Source of the DNA: a virus
Taxonomy: Duplodnaviria; Heunggongvirae; Uroviricota; Caudoviricetes
Direction: 5' to 3' (one strand)
Length of the DNA: 64,000 nucleotides
IMG/VR virus record: IMGVR_UViG_3300022468_000772
Location: 22,224 to 86,223 of that record
Positions 19,925 to 29,595 of the stretch are shown here, in pieces. Under the pieces are notes generated by a model that saw only the letters and a list, made by a program, of their open reading frames with translations, ran no database searches and was not told the DNA's origin. Position 1 is the first letter of the stretch; every line of letters starts with the position of its first letter. A program made the position numbers and the translations under genes.

Positions 19925-21292
19925 ATGCCAATCGAAGACACATCAAACTCGTATGAATATAAACTAAAACAAGCTGGCCTAGCAGAGCCGCTATCTACAT
20001 ACTTGGCTGACCCGTATGATGAAGATCGATTGGCTGCAGGGTTTCCTGCATTTAACTTTGATTCTAATGGTGGTGTTTCTGGTTTAAGATCGGTAGATGA
20101 TACTTCCATTAGATTCAATTCAATTTTTGGTAGTGGTTGGAATAGAGTTTTTAGTGGCCCACCCGCTGCAGCAACTGCGTATTCTTTCTGCAATCAAATC
20201 CCATCACGACCAAAATTTGTTGGTGTCCAACTCGGGTTTTTAAATTTGGGGGCTACACCATATACCGTATCTGGATGTAAAGTTGCTGCCACCCCTACCG
20301 ATGGTAATACTGGTCAGACATTAACATGGTCTGATGCTACATTTGATAGCGGAGTTTCGTCAAGCACTACACCTAAAGTAATTTCTGCAGGTTCTGGTGC
20401 TACAGTTAATGCAATTCCCGGTGGTTTGACTGCAACTGATGTAATTGCAGTCAATTCAGTGGAACGTACTGATATTGTTGGAAATCCATATTTGCTTCAA
20501 GTGAGAACATACATCAGTACGTCATCAAACTTGCATGCATCACAAGCAGGTGGTATCTCTGCATTTAGAACTGCAACTGGTCTTGAGTATGGCTCCACAA
20601 TTTTAGCAGGTGATCAAGTCACTAACCCAACTACAAACGCTATGACTCCAACTGGCGCTGGAACGTGGATTTGCCCAAGTGTAGTTAAATTCTACTATGA
20701 GGCACCAACAATTAATGTTGCAGGAATTGGCGATTCTCTTATGCGGGGCCAAGGTTCAAATTCTGGACACACAAGTGCTGAAGAAATTGCATGTCGCCAA
20801 CTTTCAAGTGCATCAAAAATGTATGCATATTCAAATTTTGGTGTTTCTGGTCAAGGTCTAGCAGCAAGTTTTGCAACAGCACAAGCAGTTTTGAATTCTG
20901 ATGTATTCCGACCACAAGTTTTAGTTTGGAAAGCATTCTCACCAAACGATGCATATACTCAATCAAATTTTGATGCGGCATATCTATACCTATTGAGATT
21001 GATGGATTTATGCAATCAGAAGGGTGTTAAGTTAATTGTTCGGAATGCACAGCGTTGGAATCAGTCAGTAGGTGTAACAGCTTCTATTGAAGTATTCAAT
21101 GCACGAGTTGCTAAATTAGCTGGTCTGAATATCAATGATGATTATGGTATTCTTTCTGCTGGTTCTTCCGATCCAACAAAAAATCTTTTGGCATATAGCG
21201 TGAGTGGTGCAGATGCTCACTTGTCTGATGCAGGGTATACTGCACTATCCCAAAGTATTAGAACATTGATTCAGTCTGTATATCCTGTATAA
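19925..21292 (+). CDS. SGNH/GDSL esterase domain protein
   Basis: GIGDSL (block I Ser), NFGVSGQ, SPND, D-A-H-LSDAGY. Confidence 0.8.
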   Translation: MPIEDTSNSYEYKLKQAGLAEPLSTYLADPYDEDRLAAGFPAFNFDSNGGVSGLRSVDDTSIRFNSIFGSGWNRVFSGPPAAATAYSFCNQIPSRPKFVGVQLGFLNLGATPYTVSGCKVAATPTDGNTGQTLTWSDATFDSGVSSSTTPKVISAGSGATVNAIPGGLTATDVIAVNSVERTDIVGNPYLLQVRTYISTSSNLHASQAGGISAFRTATGLEYGSTILAGDQVTNPTTNAMTPTGAGTWICPSVVKFYYEAPTINVAGIGDSLMRGQGSNSGHTSAEEIACRQLSSASKMYAYSNFGVSGQGLAASFATAQAVLNSDVFRPQVLVWKAFSPNDAYTQSNFDAAYLYLLRLMDLCNQKGVKLIVRNAQRWNQSVGVTASIEVFNARVAKLAGLNINDDYGILSAGSSDPTKNLLAYSVSGADAHLSDAGYTALSQSIRTLIQSVYPV

Positions 21293-21299
21293 ATAACCC

Positions 21300-21845
21300 A
21301 TGACGCAACCCGCAGCATGATAAATCAAAAGAATTAAAGAATAAGGAAAAGAGTACAGGCGTAGCCTTGCCGTAGGCACTTTCTAAGTGTTTCTACTACA
21401 ATGGTTATTACGTCTTGCTAACTTCTACCTATTCTTTAATTCCTGTTTATGTTATGCTGCTTCGAAGAGAGGGTTAGTCTCTAGCTCTTATGATGTTCCG
21501 TATCTCTTGGTGAGCCGTACTGGTCATTCAATCTTATCCAATTATCGACCGAGTTTTTATCGTTAGATTGCTCTAACGCTCAGACTCCATATGTGGTAGT
21601 GCGCTCCACACAACTGAGTTAAAATCATGCCTTTCGGTGGGTCGTGTCTTGTATGCCCAGATGAGACATACTTCCTGCGGGTTGCTAGTGAACAGGTGGT
21701 TGCTTGCTTACCTTCGTTATAATGGATCGCTAATCCATGTTCTTTTACGTCTAACTGAAACAGCAAGTAAAGACGACGACTTTTTTGGTACGCTCCCATC
21801 GTGAGGATAAATAGCAGATTGAGTACCACGAAACCCGCTAAGTTG
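21300..21845. ncRNA. ~550-nt highly structured intergenic element (ncRNA or origin candidate)
   Basis: No credible ORF; many hairpins and long-range complementarity; promoter-like motifs at both ends. Confidence 0.5.
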
Positions 21846-21932
21846 TATTATTTACTGCAACTATTTTTTGTCAAGAAGTCTTGCGTTTGTCTGTAAGATG
21901 CTATACAATGGTCTATTTATCATGAAATTCCT

Positions 21933-22373
21933 ATGCTGAACCACGAACAACTGATGGCTGAATGGGCCAAAGACTCTACTATCGATGAAACCAATCTGAT
22001 GAACGAAATGTATCGTCATCCGATGAAACATAGCAAGTATCTCACGCATCTACAAACTTACAAGGTGAAGCTGCGCCAGATGACCGCTAAATATATGAGT
22101 CTGCGCAGTGACAAGGTTCGGTACTACAACGGTGAAATGCCGAAGTCGGAATTGGCAGAACGGGGATGGCAGCAATATTTGTTTGCTAAACCGTTGAAGG
22201 CTCAGATGGAAGCGTTGCTTGAAGGTGACGCTGATCTGCAAAAGCTGCAGGAACAAACTTTGTATATTGAGACATTGGCACAGTCATGTGAGTCTATTTT
22301 GAAAGACCTTGGGAATCGGTACTACCTATTCAAGAGCATGGTCGAATACCAGAAATTTTTAAGTGGTGCATAA
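21933..22373 (+). CDS. uvsY: Recombination mediator UvsY
   Basis: EWAKDSTID, HSKYL, KVRYYNGE, ADLQKL; upstream of uvsW. Confidence 0.85.
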   Translation: MLNHEQLMAEWAKDSTIDETNLMNEMYRHPMKHSKYLTHLQTYKVKLRQMTAKYMSLRSDKVRYYNGEMPKSELAERGWQQYLFAKPLKAQMEALLEGDADLQKLQEQTLYIETLAQSCESILKDLGNRYYLFKSMVEYQKFLSGA

Positions 22374-22375
22374 TT

Positions 22376-23905
22376 ATGAGTGTTTTGGAGTATGGTGAAA
22401 ACGAGATAGTTGTATTCAAGCAAGATGAAAGCATGTTGAAGATTTTGTGCTTTCAATCTATTGCTATGGAAATCAATGAAGCATACAGCTTTCTTATGGA
22501 TGGCTATAAGTATTCGCCACTCTACAAACAGGGTCGGTGGGATGGATACATTCGTATTTTCAGCCTTGGGAAACGTACTCTACCTTCTGGTCTTTACTCC
22601 AATCTTCAAGCCATGTGCGAAGATAGAGGCTGGACACTTCGCACTGTTTTAAATCCACATAATGAATCTTACGGTCTTCCAAATCAGAAACTGGAATTAT
22701 CCAAAGAAGAATGTCAGGAGTATGTTGAAAGCCTGAACATTCATGCAGGTGGAAATAAGCTGATTGTAGACGATTTTCAGCATCATGGTATCTATCAGGC
22801 ACTGATGAATCGTCAGTGCATCCTACACGCTGCTACGAGTGCTGGTAAGTCATTGATGGTCTATTCGATTGCGCGATACATCACTGAAGAACTTGATGGT
22901 CGAGTGCTTGTACTGGTACCTACTGTTGGTTTGACTACGCAGTTTAAATCTGACTTTAAAGACTACTCCAGCGAGAACAAATGGGATACCGAATCCAACG
23001 TACATTTGATCAGCGCAGGTGTCGATAAGAAGACCAAGAAACGCATCACGATATCTACCTACCAATCACTGTCTAAAGAACCTGCAGAATACTTCAATTC
23101 ATTCACGTGTATTCTGACCGATGAAGGCCATAAGATTACTGCAGACACGTTCAAAAACATCTATGGTAAGGCAACCGAAGTACCTTATCGTTTGGCCTGT
23201 ACAGGTACGTTACAGGAACTGAAATGTAATCTGTTGCAGATGATTGGTCTGACAGGGCCAGTGATCCATGTGATCAGTGCTGCTGAGTTGATAGAACGTG
23301 GTCGTGCTGTGCCACTAAAGATTCGTGGTATTCAGTTGAACTACAGTGAAGATTGGTGTGCTGCTATGAAAAAAGCAGACTATGACCAAGAAATCACGTG
23401 GTTAACAATGAACCCACGGCGCAATACCTTTGCAGCAAAATTAGCATCGAAGTTGAAAGGTACGACTTTGGTGATGTTCAATTACTCTGACCATGGAAAA
23501 ATACTGTATGACAAAATTAAAGAATATGTTGGTGACACTCGCCCTGTCTATCTCATTGATGGTAACGTCAAGAAAGACCGTCGCGAAGAAATACGACTTC
23601 TGGCAGGGCTAGAAGACTGTATCATCGTCGCATCGCTTAAAACGATGGCTGCTGGTGTCAACATGCCAGCGATTGAAAACATCGTCTATACACACCCCAC
23701 CAAGGGCAAAATCCAGTACCTACAAACGCTTGGTCGTGGCATTCGACTCAAGAAAGGTAAGACTCATTGCAATCTTTACGATCTAGGTGATAATCTAACC
23801 TATAAACGGAAACCAAACAACACGTTTAAACATTTTGGTATTCGTATGGAAACTCTTTCTCAGGAGGGTCATGAGTTTGAGATTGTGATGGTAGATTTTA
23901 AATAA
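22376..23905 (+). CDS. uvsW: SF2 DNA helicase UvsW
   Basis: WDGYIRIF, ATSAGKS, DEGH, QTLGRGIR. Confidence 0.93.
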   Translation: MSVLEYGENEIVVFKQDESMLKILCFQSIAMEINEAYSFLMDGYKYSPLYKQGRWDGYIRIFSLGKRTLPSGLYSNLQAMCEDRGWTLRTVLNPHNESYGLPNQKLELSKEECQEYVESLNIHAGGNKLIVDDFQHHGIYQALMNRQCILHAATSAGKSLMVYSIARYITEELDGRVLVLVPTVGLTTQFKSDFKDYSSENKWDTESNVHLISAGVDKKTKKRITISTYQSLSKEPAEYFNSFTCILTDEGHKITADTFKNIYGKATEVPYRLACTGTLQELKCNLLQMIGLTGPVIHVISAAELIERGRAVPLKIRGIQLNYSEDWCAAMKKADYDQEITWLTMNPRRNTFAAKLASKLKGTTLVMFNYSDHGKILYDKIKEYVGDTRPVYLIDGNVKKDRREEIRLLAGLEDCIIVASLKTMAAGVNMPAIENIVYTHPTKGKIQYLQTLGRGIRLKKGKTHCNLYDLGDNLTYKRKPNNTFKHFGIRMETLSQEGHEFEIVMVDFK

Positions 23906-23912
23906 GGTATAA

Positions 23913-24914
23913 ATGCTTTTCATTGACATAAAATTTGCCAAGATGGTTGGGCAAAGAGTGGAGAGAGGTAGGATCAAAAACGATAACCCTTTTCACTTTC
24001 AAGGCAGGTGTGGAGTCTGCGGAGACTCCAAAGAATCCAAAAGTAAGATGCGGTTCCATATGCGAACACTTGATGATACCGTCATGTGTTCGTGTTTCAA
24101 TTGTGGCCTAGCATTACCGATTGGTGCATACATGAAGTTGTATGAACCGGATTTGTTTGCGGATTACAAGTTTGAAAAATATCGGATCAATGGTGATGGT
24201 GGCGCAGTCATTACAACCAAAGAGGAACCCGTTAAACCGCCACCAGAATCGATTTGTACGCTTGACCTTGAACTGGTATCAGAAATGCCAGAAGACAGCA
24301 TGGTGGCCCAATACGTGGCCTCACGACAGCTTCCTAAGTACCCCTTTTACTATGCAGAGAAATTCAGCGAGTTCTCTGCGCAATTCAATCCAGAAATGGC
24401 AAAGGCTCCAGAGGGGCCTAGACTTGTTATTCCATTTTTTGACAAGCGGGGTAACATATACGCATATCAAGGTCGTGATCTAACAGGTGAGTCAAGTCAT
24501 AAATATCTCACCGTGAACATCGATAAGAAGATGCCAACAATTTTTGGTATCAATAGGGTCACGCGAAAGAAAAATATTCTGTTGGTCGAAGGGCCTTTGG
24601 ATTCGTTATTTTTACCGAACTGTCTTGCTTCGGTTAATGCGGGTCTTCTATCAACAGCAAAAAAACTCGGTGTTGACAAGAACAACATAACTTTGATATT
24701 TGATTGTGAACCAAGAAACAAGGATATTGTTTCTATGTATAAAAAGGCACTTGAAGAGGGCTACAAGGTTGTTATATGGCCCAACACAACTGCCAAAAAG
24801 GTTGATATTAATGACTTGGTTAGAGCAGGTAAAGACCCTGTGAAAATAATCAATGACAACACATATCAGGGGCTTATGGGAATGATGAAATTTAACGAAT
24901 GGAAGAGAGTATAG
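23913..24914 (+). CDS. gp61: DNA primase
   Basis: Zn finger CGVCGDS...CFNCG; LVIPFFD, YQGR, VEGPLDSLFL, FDCEPRN. Confidence 0.93.
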   Translation: MLFIDIKFAKMVGQRVERGRIKNDNPFHFQGRCGVCGDSKESKSKMRFHMRTLDDTVMCSCFNCGLALPIGAYMKLYEPDLFADYKFEKYRINGDGGAVITTKEEPVKPPPESICTLDLELVSEMPEDSMVAQYVASRQLPKYPFYYAEKFSEFSAQFNPEMAKAPEGPRLVIPFFDKRGNIYAYQGRDLTGESSHKYLTVNIDKKMPTIFGINRVTRKKNILLVEGPLDSLFLPNCLASVNAGLLSTAKKLGVDKNNITLIFDCEPRNKDIVSMYKKALEEGYKVVIWPNTTAKKVDINDLVRAGKDPVKIINDNTYQGLMGMMKFNEWKRV

Positions 24915-27200
24915 ATGCTAAAAACGTTGATTAAGAGAGATGGTACAGTTCAAGAATATGATGCAAACAAAGCCAATGGTTGGGGTGAGTTTGCTGCGAA
25001 GACTTTAGGTAGCTATGTTGATTGGAGTTCTATTGTTCTGGAGACTGTTTCCAGATTGGGTGATCAATGCACTACGTTGGATTTTCAGAAGGGTCTGATC
25101 TACTCATGCTTGAATCGTAAGACATGGGAATACAACCGTATGGCTGGACGCTTGTATGCACCACAACTGGTTCGTGAGTTCTATGGTGACAAGCATCCTA
25201 CCGTGCAACAACTGCATGCGGAATTGTTTAGCGTTGGATTGATGGTTTACCTGAATTACTCTAGCGAAGAGTATGCACAGGTTGAAGACATGATCAACCA
25301 CAATCAGGATTTGAAGTACGCACACTTCCAGATTCATCAGATTCGCACTAAGTACGCACTGCGTAACAAGGTGTTGAAGAAAGAGTATGAAACTCCACAA
25401 TTCGTTTTCATGCGTATGGCAATGGCTTTGGCAGAAAACGAGCCAAAAGAGCAGCGTATGGAGCATGTTAAGAAGTGGTACACATACCTCTCTAAGAACA
25501 AGATCAATGCGCCTACACCTAACTATGTGAATCTTGGCACACGCCTGAATGGTTATGCGTCTTGCTGTGTCTACACTACACATGATACTGCTGCTTCATT
25601 GGCTGCTGGTGATCATATCGCTTACATGATGACATGCATGTCTGCTGGTATCGGCTCACACATCAAGACTCGTTCCTTGGGTGATCCTATTCGTGGTGGA
25701 TTGATTGAACATCAAGGTAAGCTGCCTTACTACCGTGCCATGGTTGGTGCTATCGGCGCTAACTTGCAAAATGGTCGTGGTGGTGCATCGACAGTTCACT
25801 ACACTGCATTTGATCCTGAAGTTAAGACAATCCAGAAACTACGTCACCCGATGACTCCTGCAGCTAAACGTATTGCAGGCGCACACTACTCATTTGGCTC
25901 TAACAAACTGTTCGCACGTAAGGTTGCACGTGACGAAATGTATGCACCATTTTCTTACCACTCTAATCCTGAATTGTATAACGCTCAATATGCAAAAGAT
26001 CAAAGCATTTTCGAACGTCTGTACATGGAGTATGAAAAGACTGCAACGTTCAAACTAAGCGCTCGTGAAGTGCTTGTAGATGCTCTGCGTCAGGCTTATG
26101 AAACTGGTGTGCAGTATGACCATCGCACCGATGAATTGAATAAGCACACACCTTTTATTGACCCAATTTGGTCATCTAATTTGTGTCAAGAAATTGGTCT
26201 TCCAAGTAAAGGCTATCAATCAGTCAAAGAACTGTATGAAGAGTACAAAGAGGGTGATGGTGAAATTGGTCTTTGCTCTTTGGGTGGTGTGGTTGTTGGT
26301 AACATCGACTCCGATGAAGAGTACGCTGATGTCGCATACTACACGCTGAAAATGATCGATGTTTGTATCCACAAAGCAGACTATGTTTTCCCAAGTTTGG
26401 AACACACTGCTAAGTCTCGTATGAGTGCTGGTGTGGGTGTTATTGGTCTTGCACACTTGATGGCTAAGAAACATTTGAAGTTCGATACACAGGAAGGTCG
26501 TAACTTCATCCACGAGACATTTGAAACCCACTACTGGCACTTGCTGAATGCGTCTTTGCGCCTCGGTAAAGAGTTGGGTAATGCTCCATGGATGCACAAG
26601 ACTTTGTGGCCTAAAGGATGGTTACCTCTCGATACATACAACAAGAATGTTGATAGCCTCGTCACTGTAGAGAACAAGCGTGATTGGGAATGGATACGCA
26701 AAGAAATCATTGCAAATGGTGGTATTCGTAACTCGGTTATTGCTGCCCATATGCCTGCTGAATCTTCGGCATCCGCATCAGGCACAACTAATGGTGGATA
26801 TGCTATTCGTTCATTGTCTATCATGAAGACAAACGATACAGCAACTACATATTGGGAAGCACCTGATGCTGGTAAACTTGGTAAGTGGTATCAACTTGCA
26901 TGGGATATTTCAAACACGGATCACATCAAGAATTATGCTGTGATGCAGAAGTGGACAGATCAAGGTATCTCTGCTGATCTTTATGCAGATGTGTCGGGTA
27001 ACACCACTATTTCTTCGTCTGAGATCATTCAGGATTATTTGTCAATCGCTAAGTATGGTTTGAAGAGTCGCTACTACGTTGTTTCTAAGACTTCTGATGG
27101 TGTGGATTTGACTTCAACAGAGAATGCAGTATCATTAAATACTGTCCCGACTGCAGAAGTCGAGGAAGATGATTCGGTCTGCGAATCATGCACTTTGTAA
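24915..27200 (+). CDS. nrdA: Class Ia ribonucleotide reductase alpha subunit
   Basis: N-terminal ATP cone, ASCC, SSNLCQEI, GLKSRYY, C-terminal CESC. Confidence 0.96.
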   Translation: MLKTLIKRDGTVQEYDANKANGWGEFAAKTLGSYVDWSSIVLETVSRLGDQCTTLDFQKGLIYSCLNRKTWEYNRMAGRLYAPQLVREFYGDKHPTVQQLHAELFSVGLMVYLNYSSEEYAQVEDMINHNQDLKYAHFQIHQIRTKYALRNKVLKKEYETPQFVFMRMAMALAENEPKEQRMEHVKKWYTYLSKNKINAPTPNYVNLGTRLNGYASCCVYTTHDTAASLAAGDHIAYMMTCMSAGIGSHIKTRSLGDPIRGGLIEHQGKLPYYRAMVGAIGANLQNGRGGASTVHYTAFDPEVKTIQKLRHPMTPAAKRIAGAHYSFGSNKLFARKVARDEMYAPFSYHSNPELYNAQYAKDQSIFERLYMEYEKTATFKLSAREVLVDALRQAYETGVQYDHRTDELNKHTPFIDPIWSSNLCQEIGLPSKGYQSVKELYEEYKEGDGEIGLCSLGGVVVGNIDSDEEYADVAYYTLKMIDVCIHKADYVFPSLEHTAKSRMSAGVGVIGLAHLMAKKHLKFDTQEGRNFIHETFETHYWHLLNASLRLGKELGNAPWMHKTLWPKGWLPLDTYNKNVDSLVTVENKRDWEWIRKEIIANGGIRNSVIAAHMPAESSASASGTTNGGYAIRSLSIMKTNDTATTYWEAPDAGKLGKWYQLAWDISNTDHIKNYAVMQKWTDQGISADLYADVSGNTTISSSEIIQDYLSIAKYGLKSRYYVVSKTSDGVDLTSTENAVSLNTVPTAEVEEDDSVCESCTL

Positions 27201-27207
27201 AGGAAAT

Positions 27208-28308
27208 ATGAGTAAAGTTTTTAACACAGGAAAAACGATTGAGGAATACATGGAAAAGGGTACGCCCCTTTTCCTTGGAGTAGAGCCTGGTCTTTTTAAC
27301 ACTATCAACAAACAGTACCCAAAACTCTGGGATTTGTACAAGGAAATGAAGAGTTTGGATTGGGATGAAGTCGAGTTTGACTACTCTCAATGTAACCAAG
27401 AATTCAAGACATGTGACAGATCAACATACCAAATGATGTTGATTAACCTTGCATGGCAATGGGGTGGTGATTCTGCCGCAACATCCATCACTGCCATTCT
27501 TGGTAGCGTCATCACAGACTCTTCTTTGTGGGCACTGACAGGTCGAATCTCTGACAACGAAGTCGTACATGCATCCACATATTCTGAGATTGTGCGGATG
27601 TCTTTTGATAATCCAGAATTGGCTCTGCGGGAAGTTCTGGATGCGAAAGAATCTATCAATCGACTGACTCATGTTGTTGCTGTTTTTGAAAACGCAAAAC
27701 GACTTTGTAGTCTGTATGGTGCGGGTGAAGAGGTTGATAAGCAAGAGTTGTACGATGCAATCTTTTTGATGTATTGCGCACTGCTGATGTTGGAGCGAGT
27801 TCAGTTTACAGGTTCATTCGGTGTGACGTTTACGATCTGTGCTACAGGTCTGTTTCAGGCTATCGGTAAAGCGATCCAAAAAATTTGCCAAGATGAATTG
27901 GAAGTACATGCCATGGCAGATAAAGAAGTGTTGCGCATCGAACTCAAAACTCAGCGTGGACAAGACTCTTACAACCGTCAATTGCCAAAGATCAAACAAC
28001 TCTTCAATGAAGTGATTGGTGCAGAATTCAGCTTCATCGATTACATGTTTTCTGAAGGTCGTTCTTTGACTGGTGCTACGGCAAATACCATGAAGCAATG
28101 GGTTTTGTTTAACGCACGTGATGTGGACAAGTTTTTGGATTTGAATAGTGAATTCACATTCCCCACCAAAAACCCATGCCCTCACTTGGAAGATTGGGTA
28201 AATATTGGCAATGTACAGGCTGCTCCACAGGAAGAAGTCAACAATGCATACAAGGTCAACACTATTGTGAATGACGATTCTGGTAAAACTTTTGAGGTAG
28301 ATTTCTAA
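27208..28308 (+). CDS. nrdB: Ribonucleotide reductase beta subunit (start MSKVF)
   Basis: NEVVHASTYS, LERVQFTGSF, DELEVH; AGGA RBS. Confidence 0.95.
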   Translation: MSKVFNTGKTIEEYMEKGTPLFLGVEPGLFNTINKQYPKLWDLYKEMKSLDWDEVEFDYSQCNQEFKTCDRSTYQMMLINLAWQWGGDSAATSITAILGSVITDSSLWALTGRISDNEVVHASTYSEIVRMSFDNPELALREVLDAKESINRLTHVVAVFENAKRLCSLYGAGEEVDKQELYDAIFLMYCALLMLERVQFTGSFGVTFTICATGLFQAIGKAIQKICQDELEVHAMADKEVLRIELKTQRGQDSYNRQLPKIKQLFNEVIGAEFSFIDYMFSEGRSLTGATANTMKQWVLFNARDVDKFLDLNSEFTFPTKNPCPHLEDWVNIGNVQAAPQEEVNNAYKVNTIVNDDSGKTFEVDF

Positions 28309-28562
28309 TGGGTGATTTTGTAGTTTATTCCAAACCGGCTTGCGTTCAATGTGATCAGGCAAAGGCTTTGATCAAGGCAAAAGGTAAGACTTATATTGAA
28401 AAACAAATTGATGTTGGTCAGGATAAGAAGCCAGATGTTGAATATGTTGAACTGCAGACTTTGAAGCAACAATATTCGAACATTCGTATGGCTCCTGTCA
28501 TTACTGATATCAACGGAAACTTTATTGGTTCATTACCCGAGTTGCGCAAACTGTTGAGTTGA
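28308..28562 (+). CDS. nrdC: Glutaredoxin
   Basis: VYSKPACVQC; follows nrdB. Confidence 0.85.
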   Translation: MGDFVVYSKPACVQCDQAKALIKAKGKTYIEKQIDVGQDKKPDVEYVELQTLKQQYSNIRMAPVITDINGNFIGSLPELRKLLS

Positions 28563-28588
28563 TAAATACTGACTTATGGGAGAAAACT

Positions 28589-29038
28589 ATGAGTCAGTGG
28601 ACATACAATGGTGTTATAATGGCATCACAGGATCAGTTTCCTAGTGATGCCTTTTCATTTGTGTATAAGATTACACGAATATCCGATGGGAAGTTCTATA
28701 TCGGTAAAAAATTAGCATTCTTTCAGAAGACAACCCAGAAAACGGTTAAACTGAAGAATGGAACAAAAAAAGTCAAAAAAATTAAGAGTCTGGTACCTTC
28801 CGACTGGCTCACGTATTGGAGTTCATCTGCTGAACTTATCAAGGATGTAGAAACCCTTGGTGAAGATGCTTTCACACGTGAAATACTCTGCTTTTGTCTC
28901 AGTAAATCACACGCATCATATCTCGAAGCCAAATATCAGTTTGATCATAAAGTTCTTGAAATTGATAAGGAAAAGACATATAACGGCATCATAAACTGTC
29001 GAATACATCATTCTCATGTGAGAAAGTTTTTTAATTGA
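28589..29038 (+). CDS. GIY-YIG family nuclease
   Basis: FVYKIT...KFYIGKK, WLTYWSSS, FTREIL, YNGII. Confidence 0.75.
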   Translation: MSQWTYNGVIMASQDQFPSDAFSFVYKITRISDGKFYIGKKLAFFQKTTQKTVKLKNGTKKVKKIKSLVPSDWLTYWSSSAELIKDVETLGEDAFTREILCFCLSKSHASYLEAKYQFDHKVLEIDKEKTYNGIINCRIHHSHVRKFFN

Positions 29039-29079
29039 TCTAAACTTGTGTTATAATTGATGTAACAAAGGAAAATAAG

Positions 29080-29595
29080 ATGAAAACTTTTTACATTCAC
29101 GGTTACGGCTCTTCTCCCAAGTCACAGACTTTCTTGGATATGCAAGCAGCTATTCCTGATATCGAATGCTTGACATATGATAGTAATTCGCCAATCAGTT
29201 CTATTTTTCTATTTGTCGGCCAAGTTTTAAAGGTTGATGAACCGATCCATATCATTGCATCGTCATTGGGCGGTTGGTATGCAGAACAGATTGCATCCAT
29301 CATTCCAGTGTCTTTGACCCTATATAACCCTTCACTGAATCCACGTGAATCTTTGAAGAAGTATGGGTTGCCTGAAAGCGTTACAAATTTGTATCGTGAC
29401 GTTTTGATCAACCCAAATGTTGATCGCACTGTTGTCCTTTCAAAGGATGACACTGTGGTTTCTCCTGATAACGCAATGGTTAAATATGCAGACATTGCAA
29501 ATATGGTCATCACAGAAGGTGGTCATAGAATGACCCCAACAAACTTAGGTATTATCGTAGATGACTGGAAATTTAGATCAAATCAACTTGGATGA
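29080..29595 (+). CDS. YqiA/YcfP-like alpha/beta hydrolase
   Basis: YIHGYGSSP, ASSLGGWYA, NPSLNP, DDTV, GGH. Confidence 0.85.
   Translation: MKTFYIHGYGSSPKSQTFLDMQAAIPDIECLTYDSNSPISSIFLFVGQVLKVDEPIHIIASSLGGWYAEQIASIIPVSLTLYNPSLNPRESLKKYGLPESVTNLYRDVLINPNVDRTVVLSKDDTVVSPDNAMVKYADIANMVITEGGHRMTPTNLGIIVDDWKFRSNQLG

Noticed and set aside
21563-21829. 88-aa minus-strand ORF in the structured gap
   Set aside because: No RBS or recognisable motifs and atypical composition; RNA structure explains the region better
5451-27200. Alternative genetic code (stop reassignment)
   Set aside because: Core genes are full length under code 11 and all three stop codons terminate genes
24915-28308. Intron or intein in nrdA/nrdB, as in T4
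   Set aside because: Both ORFs are continuous and of normal length, with no intein motifs
28589-29038. Mobile homing endonuclease
   Set aside because: Short, lacks DNA-binding repeats and sits in the core nrd block; more likely a resident GIY-YIG nuclease
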